A stretch of 64,000 nucleotides of DNA from Haliotis rufescens (taxonomy: Eukaryota): contig NW_025963890.1 of the NCBI RefSeq assembly GCF_023055435.1, forward strand, positions 44,330,001 to 44,394,000, given 5' to 3'. Below the pieces are notes generated by a model. It saw nothing but the letters and a program-made list of their open reading frames with translations. It had not been told where the DNA came from and did not search any database. How positions within the stretch are numbered: position 1 is the first letter of the stretch; every line of letters begins with the position of its first letter. Of this stretch, positions 63,214 through 64,000 are shown one piece after another. The position numbers were made by a program, and so were the translations under genes.

Positions 63214-64000
63214 GTTGATGCCATGAAAAGGAAATGGCATAATAAACTTAAAGACACCCCCCCACACTAGAGATTTTACAGGAGTCAAACACTGACCATG
63301 AGCTGTTTTTATTCTTACAGTTCTGAAATTGGAGGACTGTCGGTACTAAATCAGCTTGAAACCATTGCGGTGAGCAGCCTTCTCTGTATCACTGGCGGTC
63401 AGTTTGACAATAGTCTAGTTCTACAACATAGTAACCATGCCCCGTGCATTTACATCACACACAACCTTTTCATCTAACAGTGACATAGAAGAATGAACCA
63501 CATGCACCGACTCGTCACCAAACATTGGTTCTACAAGTCTAGCATCAATTGTTTTGACTACCATATTGAAATAAACATTTGATTACTGTGCATACCGATG
63601 TGATGGCTAGTTTGCAATAAGCAGAGGTGAAACATGAGTTGAGAATAAATACATCTATTCAGGTAGAACACATTGGAAGCAATGTCTAACCAGTGTGGTA
63701 TGACACACTTACACAAGAGGAAACAGTCCTTCCTTCATGAAGTCACAGGGTTGGGACATGAAAACTACGTTTTTGAGCCAGAGCACATCTAACTAAAAAC
63801 TCTTCAGTTTCCAACAAGGGATGAGAGTCTACATCTGCTCCACACCGGACTGACAATAGCGGACATGGAAGTTCCCAATGAATGGTAATCTACACAGTTC
63901 ACGATTGTCTAATGTAGAACCAGCACAGCCTACAGACAAATATTTGCTGCACCAAATTGCATGATATTAAGAATGGCAGTCTCCAATGTGTTTGCAATAT

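Noticed and set aside
59700-64000. 3' UTR of an unseen minus-strand gene
   Set aside because: Only a possible minus-strand AATAAA (~59752) and general composition suggest it; no coding exon was found in the window.

Overview
Eukaryotic, AT-rich (probably gastropod mollusc, abalone-like; inferred from the SINE complement) genomic DNA with two N gaps. The right part holds two intact spliced genes placed head-to-head with only 157 bp between their ATGs: NDUFAF2 (minus strand, 6 coding exons, 160 aa) and TRIR/C19orf43 (plus strand, 3 exons, 136 aa). The left ~40 kb has no intact ORF. It is a decayed cluster of ankyrin-repeat genes, possibly STAND-NTPase+ankyrin. The copies are arranged as a large degenerate inverted duplication (~1-18 kb) followed by a tandem array with a ~7-8.5 kb period (15-40 kb). 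The cluster carries a 5'-truncated R4/Dong-type retrotransposon, a Tc1 transposase remnant, a 37-bp minisatellite born in situ and a recent 1.43-kb tandem duplication. Four SINE families (three sharing one 3' tail, one with a non-tRNA, compactly foldable pseudoknotted head), several MITEs/foldbacks and 49-bp and 30-bp tandem arrays are scattered throughout. All calls come from manual translation and alignment; no database searches were run.
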